A DNA stretch of 64,000 nucleotides, from assembly GCA_902774905.1 (NCBI GenBank), contig CACYKF010000003.1, forward strand, positions 2,174-66,173, given 5' to 3'. The stretch's first letter is position 1. Every line of letters starts with the position of its first letter. Positions 19,205 to 28,960 of this stretch are shown here, in pieces. Below the pieces are notes generated by a model, which made no database searches, was not told the origin of the DNA, and worked only from the letters and a program-made list of their open reading frames with translations. Both the position numbers and the translations under genes were made by a program. The DNA comes from an uncultured bacterium. Lineage in GTDB: Bacteria > Cyanobacteriota > Vampirovibrionia > Gastranaerophilales > Gastranaerophilaceae.

Positions 19205-20906
19205 TACTGCCTCCTTCAGTATTCAGATAATACCTGTTAAATATATCAAGAACTCTCTGTTCACTTTCACCGATTTGTTCTGACATAGTATAACTTTTAA
19301 TATCATACAGATTATGTGATTTTAAAAGTGGTAAATCCTCTGCGGAAATCTGAGTTTCAGACTCAGATAACAACACTTTTGAAATCTTATCAAGTGAAAT
19401 TTTTAAAAACATATCGACAATTTCAGGGTCAAAATGAGAGCCTGCCCCATCAGAAATTATGCCTAATACATTTTTTATAGGCATCTTGTCACGGTAATGT
19501 CTTTTTGATGTTATTGCATCAAATACATCTGCTACTGCAAGAATACGACCGCCAAGAGTAATTTCTTCACCTTTCAAATGTCTGTAATAACCTGAACCGT
19601 CATATTTTTCATGATGAGAAGATGCCATTTCCGTAATTATTCTGAAATCCGGCGACATATAAAGTTTGTTCAAAATATTATGAGTTATTCTGACATGTTC
19701 CTGAATATGTTTGTATTCTTCATCGGTCAATTTGCCTTCTTTTTGCAAAACAGAATCCCTGATTCCGATTTTACCAATATCATGTAAAGTAGCCGCTTTT
19801 TCTATAAGACTTTTTTCTTTCTGACTTAATCCGAGTTCTTCGGCAATAAGAGAAGAATAAAGTTTAACTCTTGTTGAATGACCTGCGGTAATTTTATCTC
19901 TCGCATCAACTGAGGTTGCAAGAGTATCAATAAAACTTTCAAACAAAAGTTTTTGTTCACGGTACATCTGTAACTGCTGATCAAATAACTGGGCATTTTC
20001 TAACGCAATACTTGCACTGCCGCCAATTGCTATAAGTAAATCCTCATCATTTTTAGTAAAAATACCGTCAATTTTATTCAACACCTGAAATGCGCCGATA
20101 ATTTCGTGGTTATTATTCATAATAGGCATACAAAGAATTGTTTTTGTATGATACCCTGTATTTTTATCAACTTCCGGGTTAAATCTTGAGTCTGAATAAG
20201 CATCTGTAATATTAAGAGTTTCACCCGTTTGAACAACATAACCCGCAAGTCCTTTATCGGCAGGAAATCTAATCTCTTTATTTTCAACACCGAGTGCAAC
20301 CTTTGACCACAATTCATTTGAGTCTTTATCCCATAAAAAAACAGTACATCTGTCAGCCTGCATGGCATTTCTTGTTTCTTCCGCAATAACCTTTAACAGT
20401 TCATCAATATCAGTTAACGCAGTAATTGAACGACTGATTTTAACAAGTGATACAAGCGGATCAGTCTGTGTCGGCAAAGAATAATCCATACCGTTTTGCA
20501 ACTGTTTTATTCTTGTGTTGATAAGATCTGACAGACTATACTCATCCTTTACGGATGAAAGTTTCAGAGCATTATTATAATGAATCAAAGCAACATCTTT
20601 ATTATTTTCAGAAAAATTAATACTGCCCTTGATTAATTCAGATATAAGTAATGCCGTTGTATCCTGAGATTGTTCCGCCATAAAAGAACCATCCTGAATG
20701 TCTGATATATTCTGTTCCCCGCCTAAAGAGTAGTTCAAAAAAGCATTTAAACTCAAGCATATTGATATAATATCAGGATAATTATTGCCTTTAACCTTTA
20801 CATATATATTACTTACAAGTTCTTTTGCGTTTTGATAATCCTTTTGACGAATATAATCAAGCGCAATACTTACATTATTTTTAATATCCTCTGATATGAC
20901 CGCCAT
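19194..20906 (-). CDS. GAF domain / HD-GYP domain protein (putative c-di-GMP phosphodiesterase)
   Basis: GAF core (CTVFLWD...GLAGYV...ILCMPI) and HD-GYP (LHDIGK, HHEKYDGSGYY). Start set at MAVISEDI, which has an AAAGGAAAC RBS. Confidence 0.85.
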   Translation of the reverse strand: MAVISEDIKNNVSIALDYIRQKDYQNAKELVSNIYVKVKGNNYPDIISICLSLNAFLNYSLGGEQNISDIQDGSFMAEQSQDTTALLISELIKGSINFSENNKDVALIHYNNALKLSSVKDEYSLSDLINTRIKQLQNGMDYSLPTQTDPLVSLVKISRSITALTDIDELLKVIAEETRNAMQADRCTVFLWDKDSNELWSKVALGVENKEIRFPADKGLAGYVVQTGETLNITDAYSDSRFNPEVDKNTGYHTKTILCMPIMNNNHEIIGAFQVLNKIDGIFTKNDEDLLIAIGGSASIALENAQLFDQQLQMYREQKLLFESFIDTLATSVDARDKITAGHSTRVKLYSSLIAEELGLSQKEKSLIEKAATLHDIGKIGIRDSVLQKEGKLTDEEYKHIQEHVRITHNILNKLYMSPDFRIITEMASSHHEKYDGSGYYRHLKGEEITLGGRILAVADVFDAITSKRHYRDKMPIKNVLGIISDGAGSHFDPEIVDMFLKISLDKISKVLLSESETQISAEDLPLLKSHNLYDIKSYTMSEQIGESEQRVLDIFNRYYLNTEGGSNEA

Positions 20907-21033
20907 TTTAGTTTCCTTTTTTGTCATTTTACTACATTTTTCAAATAATTACAAAGAAATTTACAATATTAACCTTATATTAAAATTACTTAATATATTA
21001 CGGATTAAAGATGTATTGTGTTAAAATTGAAAT

Positions 21034-22797
21034 ATGGGATATGGAGAAGATAAAAAAGTAAAAAATGCCGAAAGAAACAGGCGTTGTAACAATATAACAA
21101 ATGTGCTTGATATTTTATACATATTTATAATTGTAATTTTACTTATTCATCTTTTGGTATTACAAATTATAGACCCTCGCCATTACAGAGAACGAGGCAA
21201 AATGCTCAGGGCAAGTCGTGATTTTGAACTGCGTGGTGATATTTTCGACCGTAACGGAATAAAACTTGCCACAGACAGAATATACTACAACATTTATGCA
21301 AGACCCGTTGATTATTCAAAAAGAGAGACTCCTGAAAAAGTTGCACATCAAATTGCACCTGTTTTGGGACTAAATGAAAAAGCCCTGTCAAAAAAAATAT
21401 CTGACAGAAGTATCAAAGTACATTCAGTAAAGAAAAATGTTGATAGAGATACTGCCCAAAAACTAATGAAGGTAATATCAAAGAATAATTTCCGTTCAAT
21501 TTCTCTTGATAAAAAGGATGTCAGAGAATATCCGCAAGGTGTATTTGCATCACATGTTTTGGGCTTTTACAATTTTGACGCTGATGTATCAGATGGGGTT
21601 GAATACAGTGCAAAAGATAAACTTGAACATGTCGTAAAGGCTACAGGATATCAGCAAACCCGTGACGGTAAAATTATATACAAATTTTCAACTGACCCTG
21701 TTGCACCGACAATGAATCCAAAAGGTCTTGATGTCACCCTGACTATTGACGCCGCAATTCAGCATGTATGCGAAAAAGAGTTATTTAAAATGGTTAAAGA
21801 AAAAGGCGCATTACGAGGGGCCGCAATTGTAATGAACCCTAAAAACGGGGAAATTCTTGCCTATGCAGTTTATCCGACTTATGACCCGAACCATTTTCAA
21901 AAAGCCTCAAATACCGCAATAAGAAATTGGCCGTTGGTAGATGTATATCCGCCCGGCTCAACATTCAAAATTATTACGGTAACAAGCGCCATGGAACTTG
22001 GCAAAATCAACGAAAATTCAATAATACCCGACCAAGGTATAATGAAATACGGCAATTATACGATTAAAAATTACGACTACGAACAAAGAGGTGCCCCCGG
22101 GAGAATTAATCTTGTTTACCTTTTTGAACATTCAAGCAATGTCGGCTCGGTTAATGTCGGTAAACTTATGACTTATAAAGAATTTTATTCAATGCTCAAA
22201 AAGTTTGGCTATGGGGAAAAATCAGGAATTGATTTACCGGGAGAATCTTCAGGATTGCTTGCAAATCCAAAGCACTGGGATGACGGGATAAGAATGACAA
22301 TGTCTTACGGTTACGGAACATCCGTATCAATTATGCAAATGGTTTCAGCCGTTTCTGCACTTGCGAATAACGGAGTTAGAGTAACCCCGCATATAATCAA
22401 ATATGCGCCGGAAGAGGAAGAAGAAAAAATAAAAAGAATTCCAACAATTTCACCCAAAACAGCAAAAACAATTACAAAATTGCTTGTTCAAAGTGTTAAT
22501 AACGGAAAATCGACAATAAAATCAGATTTATATAATATAGCGGCAAAAACAGGGACATCAAGAAAACCAGCAGCAAACGGCAAAGGTTATTCAGGGGCAA
22601 TGTATACTTCTACAATAGGGTACTTCCCTGCTAATGACCCGCAGGTGCTTGTTTATGTCGTTGTTGACAGCGCATCAAAAGGTGCAGTTTGGGGAAATAC
22701 TGTTGCGGGGCCTGTTTTTCACGAAATAACCGAACAAGTAGGGCGAATACTTGATATTAAACCTGATAAAGTACAAAAACAAACAACAAAACATTAA
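21034..22797 (+). CDS. class B penicillin-binding protein (FtsI/PBP2-like transpeptidase)
   Basis: N-terminal TM helix and the transpeptidase motifs STFK, SSN and KTGT. Lies directly upstream of murE. Confidence 0.9.
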   Translation: MGYGEDKKVKNAERNRRCNNITNVLDILYIFIIVILLIHLLVLQIIDPRHYRERGKMLRASRDFELRGDIFDRNGIKLATDRIYYNIYARPVDYSKRETPEKVAHQIAPVLGLNEKALSKKISDRSIKVHSVKKNVDRDTAQKLMKVISKNNFRSISLDKKDVREYPQGVFASHVLGFYNFDADVSDGVEYSAKDKLEHVVKATGYQQTRDGKIIYKFSTDPVAPTMNPKGLDVTLTIDAAIQHVCEKELFKMVKEKGALRGAAIVMNPKNGEILAYAVYPTYDPNHFQKASNTAIRNWPLVDVYPPGSTFKIITVTSAMELGKINENSIIPDQGIMKYGNYTIKNYDYEQRGAPGRINLVYLFEHSSNVGSVNVGKLMTYKEFYSMLKKFGYGEKSGIDLPGESSGLLANPKHWDDGIRMTMSYGYGTSVSIMQMVSAVSALANNGVRVTPHIIKYAPEEEEEKIKRIPTISPKTAKTITKLLVQSVNNGKSTIKSDLYNIAAKTGTSRKPAANGKGYSGAMYTSTIGYFPANDPQVLVYVVVDSASKGAVWGNTVAGPVFHEITEQVGRILDIKPDKVQKQTTKH

Positions 22798-22809
22798 GAG
22801 GAATAAAAT

Positions 22810-24285
22810 ATGAAACTTGACGAACTAATTGAATACTTAAAATACAAAGACCTTATAAACTTTAAAAATGTAGAAATTTCAGGAATTTCTTATAATTCAA
22901 AAACGACAAAACAAGGCGATATATTTGTATGCCTAATTGGGGAACATACAGACGGGCATGAATACGCTCAAATGGCAATAGATAACGGTGCCGTTGCACT
23001 CCTTGTTGAAAGGAAAGTTGAAGATGTAAATGTCCCTCAGGTTCAGGTCGCTTCAACAAAGTACCAAATAGCAGATATTGCGGACAGATTTTATTCAAGC
23101 CCGTCAAAAGGGATAAATTTAATCGGTATTACAGGTACTAACGGAAAAACAACCGTTACACATCTTATTCAAAAAATATTGGAAGAAAATAATCAAAAAT
23201 GCGCACTTATTGGGACTTTAGGATATAAATTATCATCAACAAGCGAATACAGAAACGCAAAACACACAACTCCTCAGGCTCCGGAACTTCAGGCAACATT
23301 AAGAATGATTAAAGATATAGAAAAAATTGATAATGTTGTAATGGAAGTAAGTTCACACGCATTAGAACAAAACAGAGTAGGCGGCTGTCGCTTCAATGGT
23401 GCGGTTTTTACTAATTTAACCCAAGACCATTTAGATTACCATATTACGATGGAAAATTACTTTAAAGCAAAAGCACTGTTATTCCAAAGACTTGAAGAAG
23501 GGAATTTTGCAATAATAAATATTGATGATGAATATGGCGAAAGATTTTTAAATGAAGTACCTGAGGGAGTTTTAAAACTAACATACGGAGTAAAAAACAG
23601 TGCAGATGTTATGGCTAAAAATATAAGTTTTTCTCCAAACGGCGCAGAATTTACTCTTACATATAAAAATGAAGAATATAGCGTAAATCTTCACATGAAC
23701 GGTATGTTTAGTGTTTATAATGTGCTTGCAGCCATTGCATCTTCTGTTGCAATGGGTATTGACATAAATATTGCATTGAACGCATTGCAAAATGTTCATG
23801 GTGTTGCAGGAAGATTTGAAGTAGTAAACAAAAAACCGCTCGTTATTGTTGATTACGCACACACCCCTGACGGGCTTGAAAATGTATTAAAAACGGCAAG
23901 AGAAATTACACCGTCAAATGGCAAACTCATCTGCGTTTTCGGTTGCGGTGGGGACAGAGATGCGACCAAGCGTCCCAAAATGGGAGCGATAGCACAACAG
24001 TTATCAGACAGAATAATTATTACAAGCGACAATCCAAGAAGCGAAAATCCGCAACAGATTATAACAGATATTATTGCAGGGTTAAAATCAGTTGATCCTG
24101 AAACAGTTACGGTTGAGCCTGACAGAAAAGAGGCTATCGGACTTTTAAAAACAATTGCTTCAAATAATGATGTGGTAATTATTGCAGGCAAAGGACATGA
24201 AGATTATCAAATCCTCAAAGATAAAACTATTCACTTTGACGATAGAGAAGAAGCAAGAAAAGTTTTTGCAGGAAGTGTAATTTAA
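22810..24285 (+). CDS. murE: UDP-MurNAc-L-Ala-D-Glu--2,6-diaminopimelate ligase
   Basis: GITGTNGKTT P-loop and Mur ligase middle and C domains. The DNPR motif is typical of meso-DAP-adding MurE. Confidence 0.95.
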   Translation: MKLDELIEYLKYKDLINFKNVEISGISYNSKTTKQGDIFVCLIGEHTDGHEYAQMAIDNGAVALLVERKVEDVNVPQVQVASTKYQIADIADRFYSSPSKGINLIGITGTNGKTTVTHLIQKILEENNQKCALIGTLGYKLSSTSEYRNAKHTTPQAPELQATLRMIKDIEKIDNVVMEVSSHALEQNRVGGCRFNGAVFTNLTQDHLDYHITMENYFKAKALLFQRLEEGNFAIINIDDEYGERFLNEVPEGVLKLTYGVKNSADVMAKNISFSPNGAEFTLTYKNEEYSVNLHMNGMFSVYNVLAAIASSVAMGIDINIALNALQNVHGVAGRFEVVNKKPLVIVDYAHTPDGLENVLKTAREITPSNGKLICVFGCGGDRDATKRPKMGAIAQQLSDRIIITSDNPRSENPQQIITDIIAGLKSVDPETVTVEPDRKEAIGLLKTIASNNDVVIIAGKGHEDYQILKDKTIHFDDREEARKVFAGSVI

Positions 24286-24332
24286 AATAGCAAATTTTTA
24301 ATTTACGATTTTTATATCATGCAGAGGTCTAA

Positions 24333-25250
24333 ATGATAACAAAATTACTTATAGAACAACATTTCCACGGCGCATACGGAGTAGATTTTAATAAGGCTAC
24401 CGTAAATGATGTCCTGGATGTTGCAAAAAAAATTAAAAAAGACGGAGTCGGCGGGATTTTCCCTACACTTGTCACTGACAGCGTTGAAAATACGCAAAAG
24501 CAAATAAAAGTGATAAAAGAGGCTTCTAAAAAACAAAAAGACGGAGCAAAAATATTTGGCATTCATCTTGAGGGAATATTTTTAAATCCCGAAAAAAAAG
24601 GTATTCACAATCCTGCACATTTTTTAGAACCGACAATTGAAAATTTTAAGAAAATTGCAGATGATTTTATAAAAATCGTCACTCTTGCACCTGAACTTTG
24701 TCGTGCGTACATGAAAAATGGCGAAAATTTAATAACTTACCTGAGAAATAAAGGAGTTAAAGTTCAGGCAGGTCACTGCATCGGTGGAGATTTGACAGGT
24801 TGTGACGGAGTTACGCACATGTTCAACGCAATGAGCGGAATAAATCACAGAACAAAATCAACCGCTTTATCTGCATTGATAAATGACAAATTGTATACTG
24901 AAGTTATTGCAGACGGATATCATGTAAATGACGATGCACTAAAACTTCTTTTCAAATCAAAACCTGCGGATAAAATTTTATTAATATCCGATTCACTTCC
25001 CTGCGCAAAAACAAATTTAAGCAGTTTTGTATTTGCGGATGAAAAAGTATATTTTGACGGAGAAAAAGCGACATCAGCACAAGGTACACTTGCAGGAAGT
25101 TCAAAAATTTTGCCTGATATTGTCAAAACGCTTGGCAAAAAAGGTCTATTTAATCCGCAATTTATTGAAAATCCGTACAAATACCACAAAGTTGACCTTG
25201 ACGGGAAACTTGAATGGGATGAAGATTTTAATATCGTTTCTATTTCTTAG
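24333..25250 (+). CDS. N-acetylglucosamine-6-phosphate deacetylase-like amidohydrolase (short form)
   Basis: EQHFHGAYGVDF, IHLEGIF, AGH and GTLAGSS align by eye with NagA motifs. It lacks the N-terminal beta-sandwich of about 50 aa. Confidence 0.7.
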   Translation: MITKLLIEQHFHGAYGVDFNKATVNDVLDVAKKIKKDGVGGIFPTLVTDSVENTQKQIKVIKEASKKQKDGAKIFGIHLEGIFLNPEKKGIHNPAHFLEPTIENFKKIADDFIKIVTLAPELCRAYMKNGENLITYLRNKGVKVQAGHCIGGDLTGCDGVTHMFNAMSGINHRTKSTALSALINDKLYTEVIADGYHVNDDALKLLFKSKPADKILLISDSLPCAKTNLSSFVFADEKVYFDGEKATSAQGTLAGSSKILPDIVKTLGKKGLFNPQFIENPYKYHKVDLDGKLEWDEDFNIVSIS

Positions 25251-26814
25251 ATTTATCGGCAAGTTCTGAATCAACTCTTAAAAATACAGGGAAAATTTCA
25301 TCTTTTGTAATAAGTTTTCCTGCTTTTATATTTGTTGATGTTATGTCATCATATTTGGTTGTTATATCATAACTTAACTGTTTTGCCATATCATTTGCGA
25401 TATTTGGGCAATACGGATAAATTAATGACGAAATTATGCACATAATTTCAAGTACCGTTGCCAAGACCTGACCACACTCCGTCATTTTTTCTTCTTTAGC
25501 CAAAGTCCAAGGAGCATTATCAGTTACAAATTTATTTGTAGCATCAACAAGTGAAATAATTTCCTGAGCCGCTTCCTGAATTTCAAAATGATTGAAATGA
25601 TTTTCAACAATTTTTACCGTACCTAAAGCGGTTTTCAGTAAACTTTCCGCTTCCCCTGAACGATTTTCAATAAATTCAGATCTTATTTCCCCGTCAAAAT
25701 ATTTAACAAGCATTGATAAACTTCTGTTTAACAAATTGCCCATACTGTTTGCAAGGTGCGCATTAACTTTTTCTTTAAAATCCTGGTCTGAATAATTGCC
25801 GTCACGCCCGCAAGGTGCAGATGTTGCCATATAGTATCTGAACGCATCAGGATATTTCAATTCAAAATTCTCTAAAACAGAAGTCGGAGAAACAACATTG
25901 CCTAATGATTTTGACATTTTTGTTTCATCAATCGTGATCCATCCGTGTGCAAATATGTGTTTAGGCAAAGGCAAATCTAATGCGAGCAGAATCGCCGGCC
26001 AATAAATTGCGTGGAATTTCAAAATATCTTTACCTATCACATGGACATCTACCGGCCATAAATTTTTAAATTGTTCACTTGAACCGTCAGGGTCATATCC
26101 GATAGCGGTAATATAATTCGACAGTGCATCAATCCATACATAAATTGACTGTTCAGGGTCATCTAAAATATCAATACCCCAGCCAACATTTTCTTTGGAG
26201 CGGGAAACTGAAATATCCTGTATATCTTCTAATTGATTTAATACTTCATTTGCCCTGAAACTTGGGACAATAAAATCGGGATGTTCCTTTATGTGCTTAA
26301 TAATTGCATCTTTATAATCCGTTAATTTAAAGAAATAATTTTCTTCTTTTACAACATCCGGTTTTTTAAGATGGTCTGGACAAAGTCCGTCCTCTGTTAA
26401 ATCTTTTGGGTTTAGGAAGCACTCACAACCCTGACAATACCAGCCTTCATATTCATGCTTATATATTGCGCCTTTATCTTTTAATTTTTGAAATATCTTC
26501 TGAACAATTTGTTCATGGTCTTTGTCAGTTGTTCTTATAAATCTGTTATATTTTATATCAAGTTTTGCCCAAGCATCTTTAAATTTCTGAGCATTTTCAT
26601 CACAAAGTTGTTTTGGGGTAATACCATGACTTGCTGCTGTTTTTTGTATTTTAATCCCATGTTCATCTGTACCTGTTAAAAAAAACATATTGTCGGTTCT
26701 TAACGAATAATGTCTTGCGATAATATCTGTCAAAATCTTTTCATACGCATGTCCGATATGCGGAGCACCGTTCACATAATCAATCGCAGTAGTTAAATAA
26801 TATTTATCAAGCAT
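25240..26814 (-). CDS. metG: methionine--tRNA ligase
   Basis: APHIGHAYE (HIGH), KMSKS and a Cys knuckle CQGCECF...CPDH. Start trimmed to MLDKYYLTTA, which has an AAGGGAG RBS. Confidence 0.95.
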   Translation of the reverse strand: MLDKYYLTTAIDYVNGAPHIGHAYEKILTDIIARHYSLRTDNMFFLTGTDEHGIKIQKTAASHGITPKQLCDENAQKFKDAWAKLDIKYNRFIRTTDKDHEQIVQKIFQKLKDKGAIYKHEYEGWYCQGCECFLNPKDLTEDGLCPDHLKKPDVVKEENYFFKLTDYKDAIIKHIKEHPDFIVPSFRANEVLNQLEDIQDISVSRSKENVGWGIDILDDPEQSIYVWIDALSNYITAIGYDPDGSSEQFKNLWPVDVHVIGKDILKFHAIYWPAILLALDLPLPKHIFAHGWITIDETKMSKSLGNVVSPTSVLENFELKYPDAFRYYMATSAPCGRDGNYSDQDFKEKVNAHLANSMGNLLNRSLSMLVKYFDGEIRSEFIENRSGEAESLLKTALGTVKIVENHFNHFEIQEAAQEIISLVDATNKFVTDNAPWTLAKEEKMTECGQVLATVLEIMCIISSLIYPYCPNIANDMAKQLSYDITTKYDDITSTNIKAGKLITKDEIFPVFLRVDSELADKSKK

Positions 26815-26894
26815 AGTATAATCTCCCTTTAACAGTTTGATAATAACACAAAAATATAGGGAGAACATAATTAAAAATACAAATCGATATTATA

Positions 26895-26931
26895 TATTTC
26901 TAAATGTAAAACTACTTTACATTTAGAAATA
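26895..26931. promoter_or_regulatory. perfect 16-bp-arm palindrome in the metG / SLH-gene divergent region
   Basis: tatttctaaatgtaaa-actac-tttacatttagaaata. It ends 7 nt before a TATAAT box at 26939-26944. Confidence 0.6.
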
Positions 26932-26996
26932 ATTGTACTATAATAAATGCGATGTTGGTTTACTAATAGTAGTAGAAAAGAAAGAGGAAGTAAAAA

Positions 26997-28265
26997 ATGA
27001 AAAAATTATTAGCAGGCTTATTAGTAGCAGGTATGCTTTCAATCACTACGGCTCCTGTCTTTGCTGCAGCAAAGATTAAAGACGTAGATGCAAACTACTG
27101 GGCTAGAACAGAAATTGCAGAAGTTGTTGACGATTCTGTAATGTTTTTATCAAACGGTAAATTCAACCCTGAAGCAAAAATTTCAAGAGTTGATTTCGTT
27201 ACCGCTTTATTAAAAGTTTTGGGTCAAAGCAACGCAGCAATTGTTACCGAAGTTCCTTATACTGATGTAGCAAAATCAGGTGCAGACCATGATGCAATTG
27301 CAAGATCTCAACAAATCGGTTTGGTTTACGGTTATCCGGACGGAACATTCAGACCAAACGGTTCAATTTTAAGAGATGAAGCACAATCAGTTATATCTCA
27401 CATCACAATTGACGGAACAGTTAACAATTCTATCGTTTCAAAATTCGCTGATGCTAACAAAATTCCTAACTGGGCAAAAAATGTTTATGCTAAAACATTG
27501 TCATACGGAATTTATGTAAATCATCCGAATGAAAACGAATTAAGACCTACTGAAGACTTAACAAGAGCAGAAGCTGCTGTATTGTTATACAGATTAAGCA
27601 AAAAATTAGACCTTGTTAAATCTCAATACAAAGCAGAAACAATTTTAGGTACTGAACACTTAAATGTTTCTAAAAAAGCACCTTGCAACGAAGTTACAAT
27701 TACTAACTTGAGAAATGTTGTTAAAGAAGGTAACATTTTAGAAATTGAATATACAGATAAATTCAAATCTAAATTAGCATCTGCAGGTGATACTGTTGTA
27801 TTTACAAACCCACAAGATATCGTTACAGAAGAAGGAACATTATTATTCCCTGCAGGTTCTAAATTCTACGGAACAGTTTTGAATATTCAAGATCCGCAAT
27901 GGTTCAACAAAAACGCAAGAGTTTACACTCAAATTACTAAAGTCGTAACTCCGAGCGGAAAAACAGTTGATATGAACGCTAAACCATTCTACAAAGATTA
28001 TGCTTTGAAAGAAGGTCCTTGGATGACAGCAGGTAAAGTTGCATTATACACTGTTGGTGGTACTGCAGTTGGTACAGGCGCAGGTGTTGGTTTCTCATTC
28101 ATTCCTAACCCTGACAAAGTTGGTACCGGTGTTGCAATTGGTACTCCTGTCGGTGCAGGTGTTGGTTTAATCACAGGTTTGGTAACTCCTGGTTTGAACT
28201 ATGTTGCACACGAAGGTGAAGAAATTCAGGTTATCTTACTTGATGACGCAAGCATCTCTAAGTAA
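26997..28265 (+). CDS. SLH-domain envelope protein with C-terminal glycine zipper
   Basis: Signal peptide (...APVFAAA) and three SLH repeats (DVDANYWA..., YTDVAKSGADHDAI...GYPDGTFRP, FADANKIPNWA...LTRAEAAVLLYRL). A beta-rich domain and a GxxxG-rich hydrophobic tail follow. Confidence 0.85.
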   Translation: MKKLLAGLLVAGMLSITTAPVFAAAKIKDVDANYWARTEIAEVVDDSVMFLSNGKFNPEAKISRVDFVTALLKVLGQSNAAIVTEVPYTDVAKSGADHDAIARSQQIGLVYGYPDGTFRPNGSILRDEAQSVISHITIDGTVNNSIVSKFADANKIPNWAKNVYAKTLSYGIYVNHPNENELRPTEDLTRAEAAVLLYRLSKKLDLVKSQYKAETILGTEHLNVSKKAPCNEVTITNLRNVVKEGNILEIEYTDKFKSKLASAGDTVVFTNPQDIVTEEGTLLFPAGSKFYGTVLNIQDPQWFNKNARVYTQITKVVTPSGKTVDMNAKPFYKDYALKEGPWMTAGKVALYTVGGTAVGTGAGVGFSFIPNPDKVGTGVAIGTPVGAGVGLITGLVTPGLNYVAHEGEEIQVILLDDASISK

Positions 28266-28286
28266 TTTGATTTTTTAAAACATATA

Positions 28287-28322
28287 AAAAAGAGGTTCTG
28301 ATTATTCAGAGCCTCTTTTATT
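28287..28322. terminator. bidirectional intrinsic terminator
   Basis: aaaagaggttctga / tcagagcctctttt hairpin with one mismatch, flanked by A- and T-runs between convergent genes. Confidence 0.7.
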
Positions 28323-28441
28323 ATATTAATAGAAAATTTCGTTATTGCTGGGTTTCACCCAACCTACCAACTGTTCGACTATCATTGGTTAAAGCATATC
28401 GACAAGTATCATAAGCGTGTTGTTTGATAGTTAGTAAATTT

Positions 28442-28837
28442 TTATCCATTATTTTTGCTTTCTGTTATTTCTTTTGCGTTATATTTATCCAATAATTTTT
28501 TATCGAATTTATTTAAAACTAATGTTGCTCCGGCTAAATATGCAAAACCAAATGCACATGCTGCCGCTATACCAGCTCCGAATTTTGCTAATTTAGAAGG
28601 TGCTTTTGAAATTTTAGATACTAATTTACTTCCGCCAATTGCAGAAAAGCCACATACTAAAATCAAACTTCCTGATGTAATTGCTTGATTTATTGCGTGT
28701 GCTTTAGGGTATTTTGATACAAATTCATCTTTTTTATCATTTGGCACAATGAAGGTTCTATTTTGCTGATTATTATAATTAACAGAATATTTTGTATTAT
28801 TCCCCTGTACTTCAATTTGTTGTATTTTTATTGACAT
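28442..28837 (-). CDS. hypothetical small membrane protein
   Basis: 131 aa with an AAGAGGG RBS, a Q/N-rich N-terminus and two hydrophobic segments (SLILVCGFSAIGG, GAGIAAACAFGFAYLAGATLVL). No family recognised. Confidence 0.55.
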   Translation of the reverse strand: MSIKIQQIEVQGNNTKYSVNYNNQQNRTFIVPNDKKDEFVSKYPKAHAINQAITSGSLILVCGFSAIGGSKLVSKISKAPSKLAKFGAGIAAACAFGFAYLAGATLVLNKFDKKLLDKYNAKEITESKNNG

Positions 28838-28903
28838 TTTACCCTCTTTACTTTCGCATGCTATATCATATTATAAAACCCGTAAAAATAAAATTTGCGA
28901 TCT

Positions 28904-28937
28904 AAAAAACAGGAAGTGAAAAATTACTTCCTGTTTT
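28904..28937 (-). terminator. intrinsic terminator (copy 1 of a repeated hairpin)
   Basis: acaggaagt / acttcctgt stem with a T-run on the minus strand, directly after the stop of the 28961-29575 gene. Confidence 0.7.
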
Positions 28938-28960
28938 AAGAATTACATTTACCCCTACTG

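Noticed and set aside
26815-26894. T-box leader upstream of metG (and likewise upstream of glyQ at 62621-62710)
   Set aside because: The leaders are under 100 nt. No T-box consensus (GGTGGTACCGCG-like) or specifier-loop architecture is visible.
28323-28441. Odd GC-richer stretch (gctgggtttcacccaacctaccaa) downstream of the SLH gene, as a possible tRNA or mobile-element fragment
   Set aside because: It has only a 5-bp stem and no tRNA arms or terminal inverted repeats. It most simply reads as the 3' UTR of the minus-strand orphan, running to the shared bidirectional terminator.
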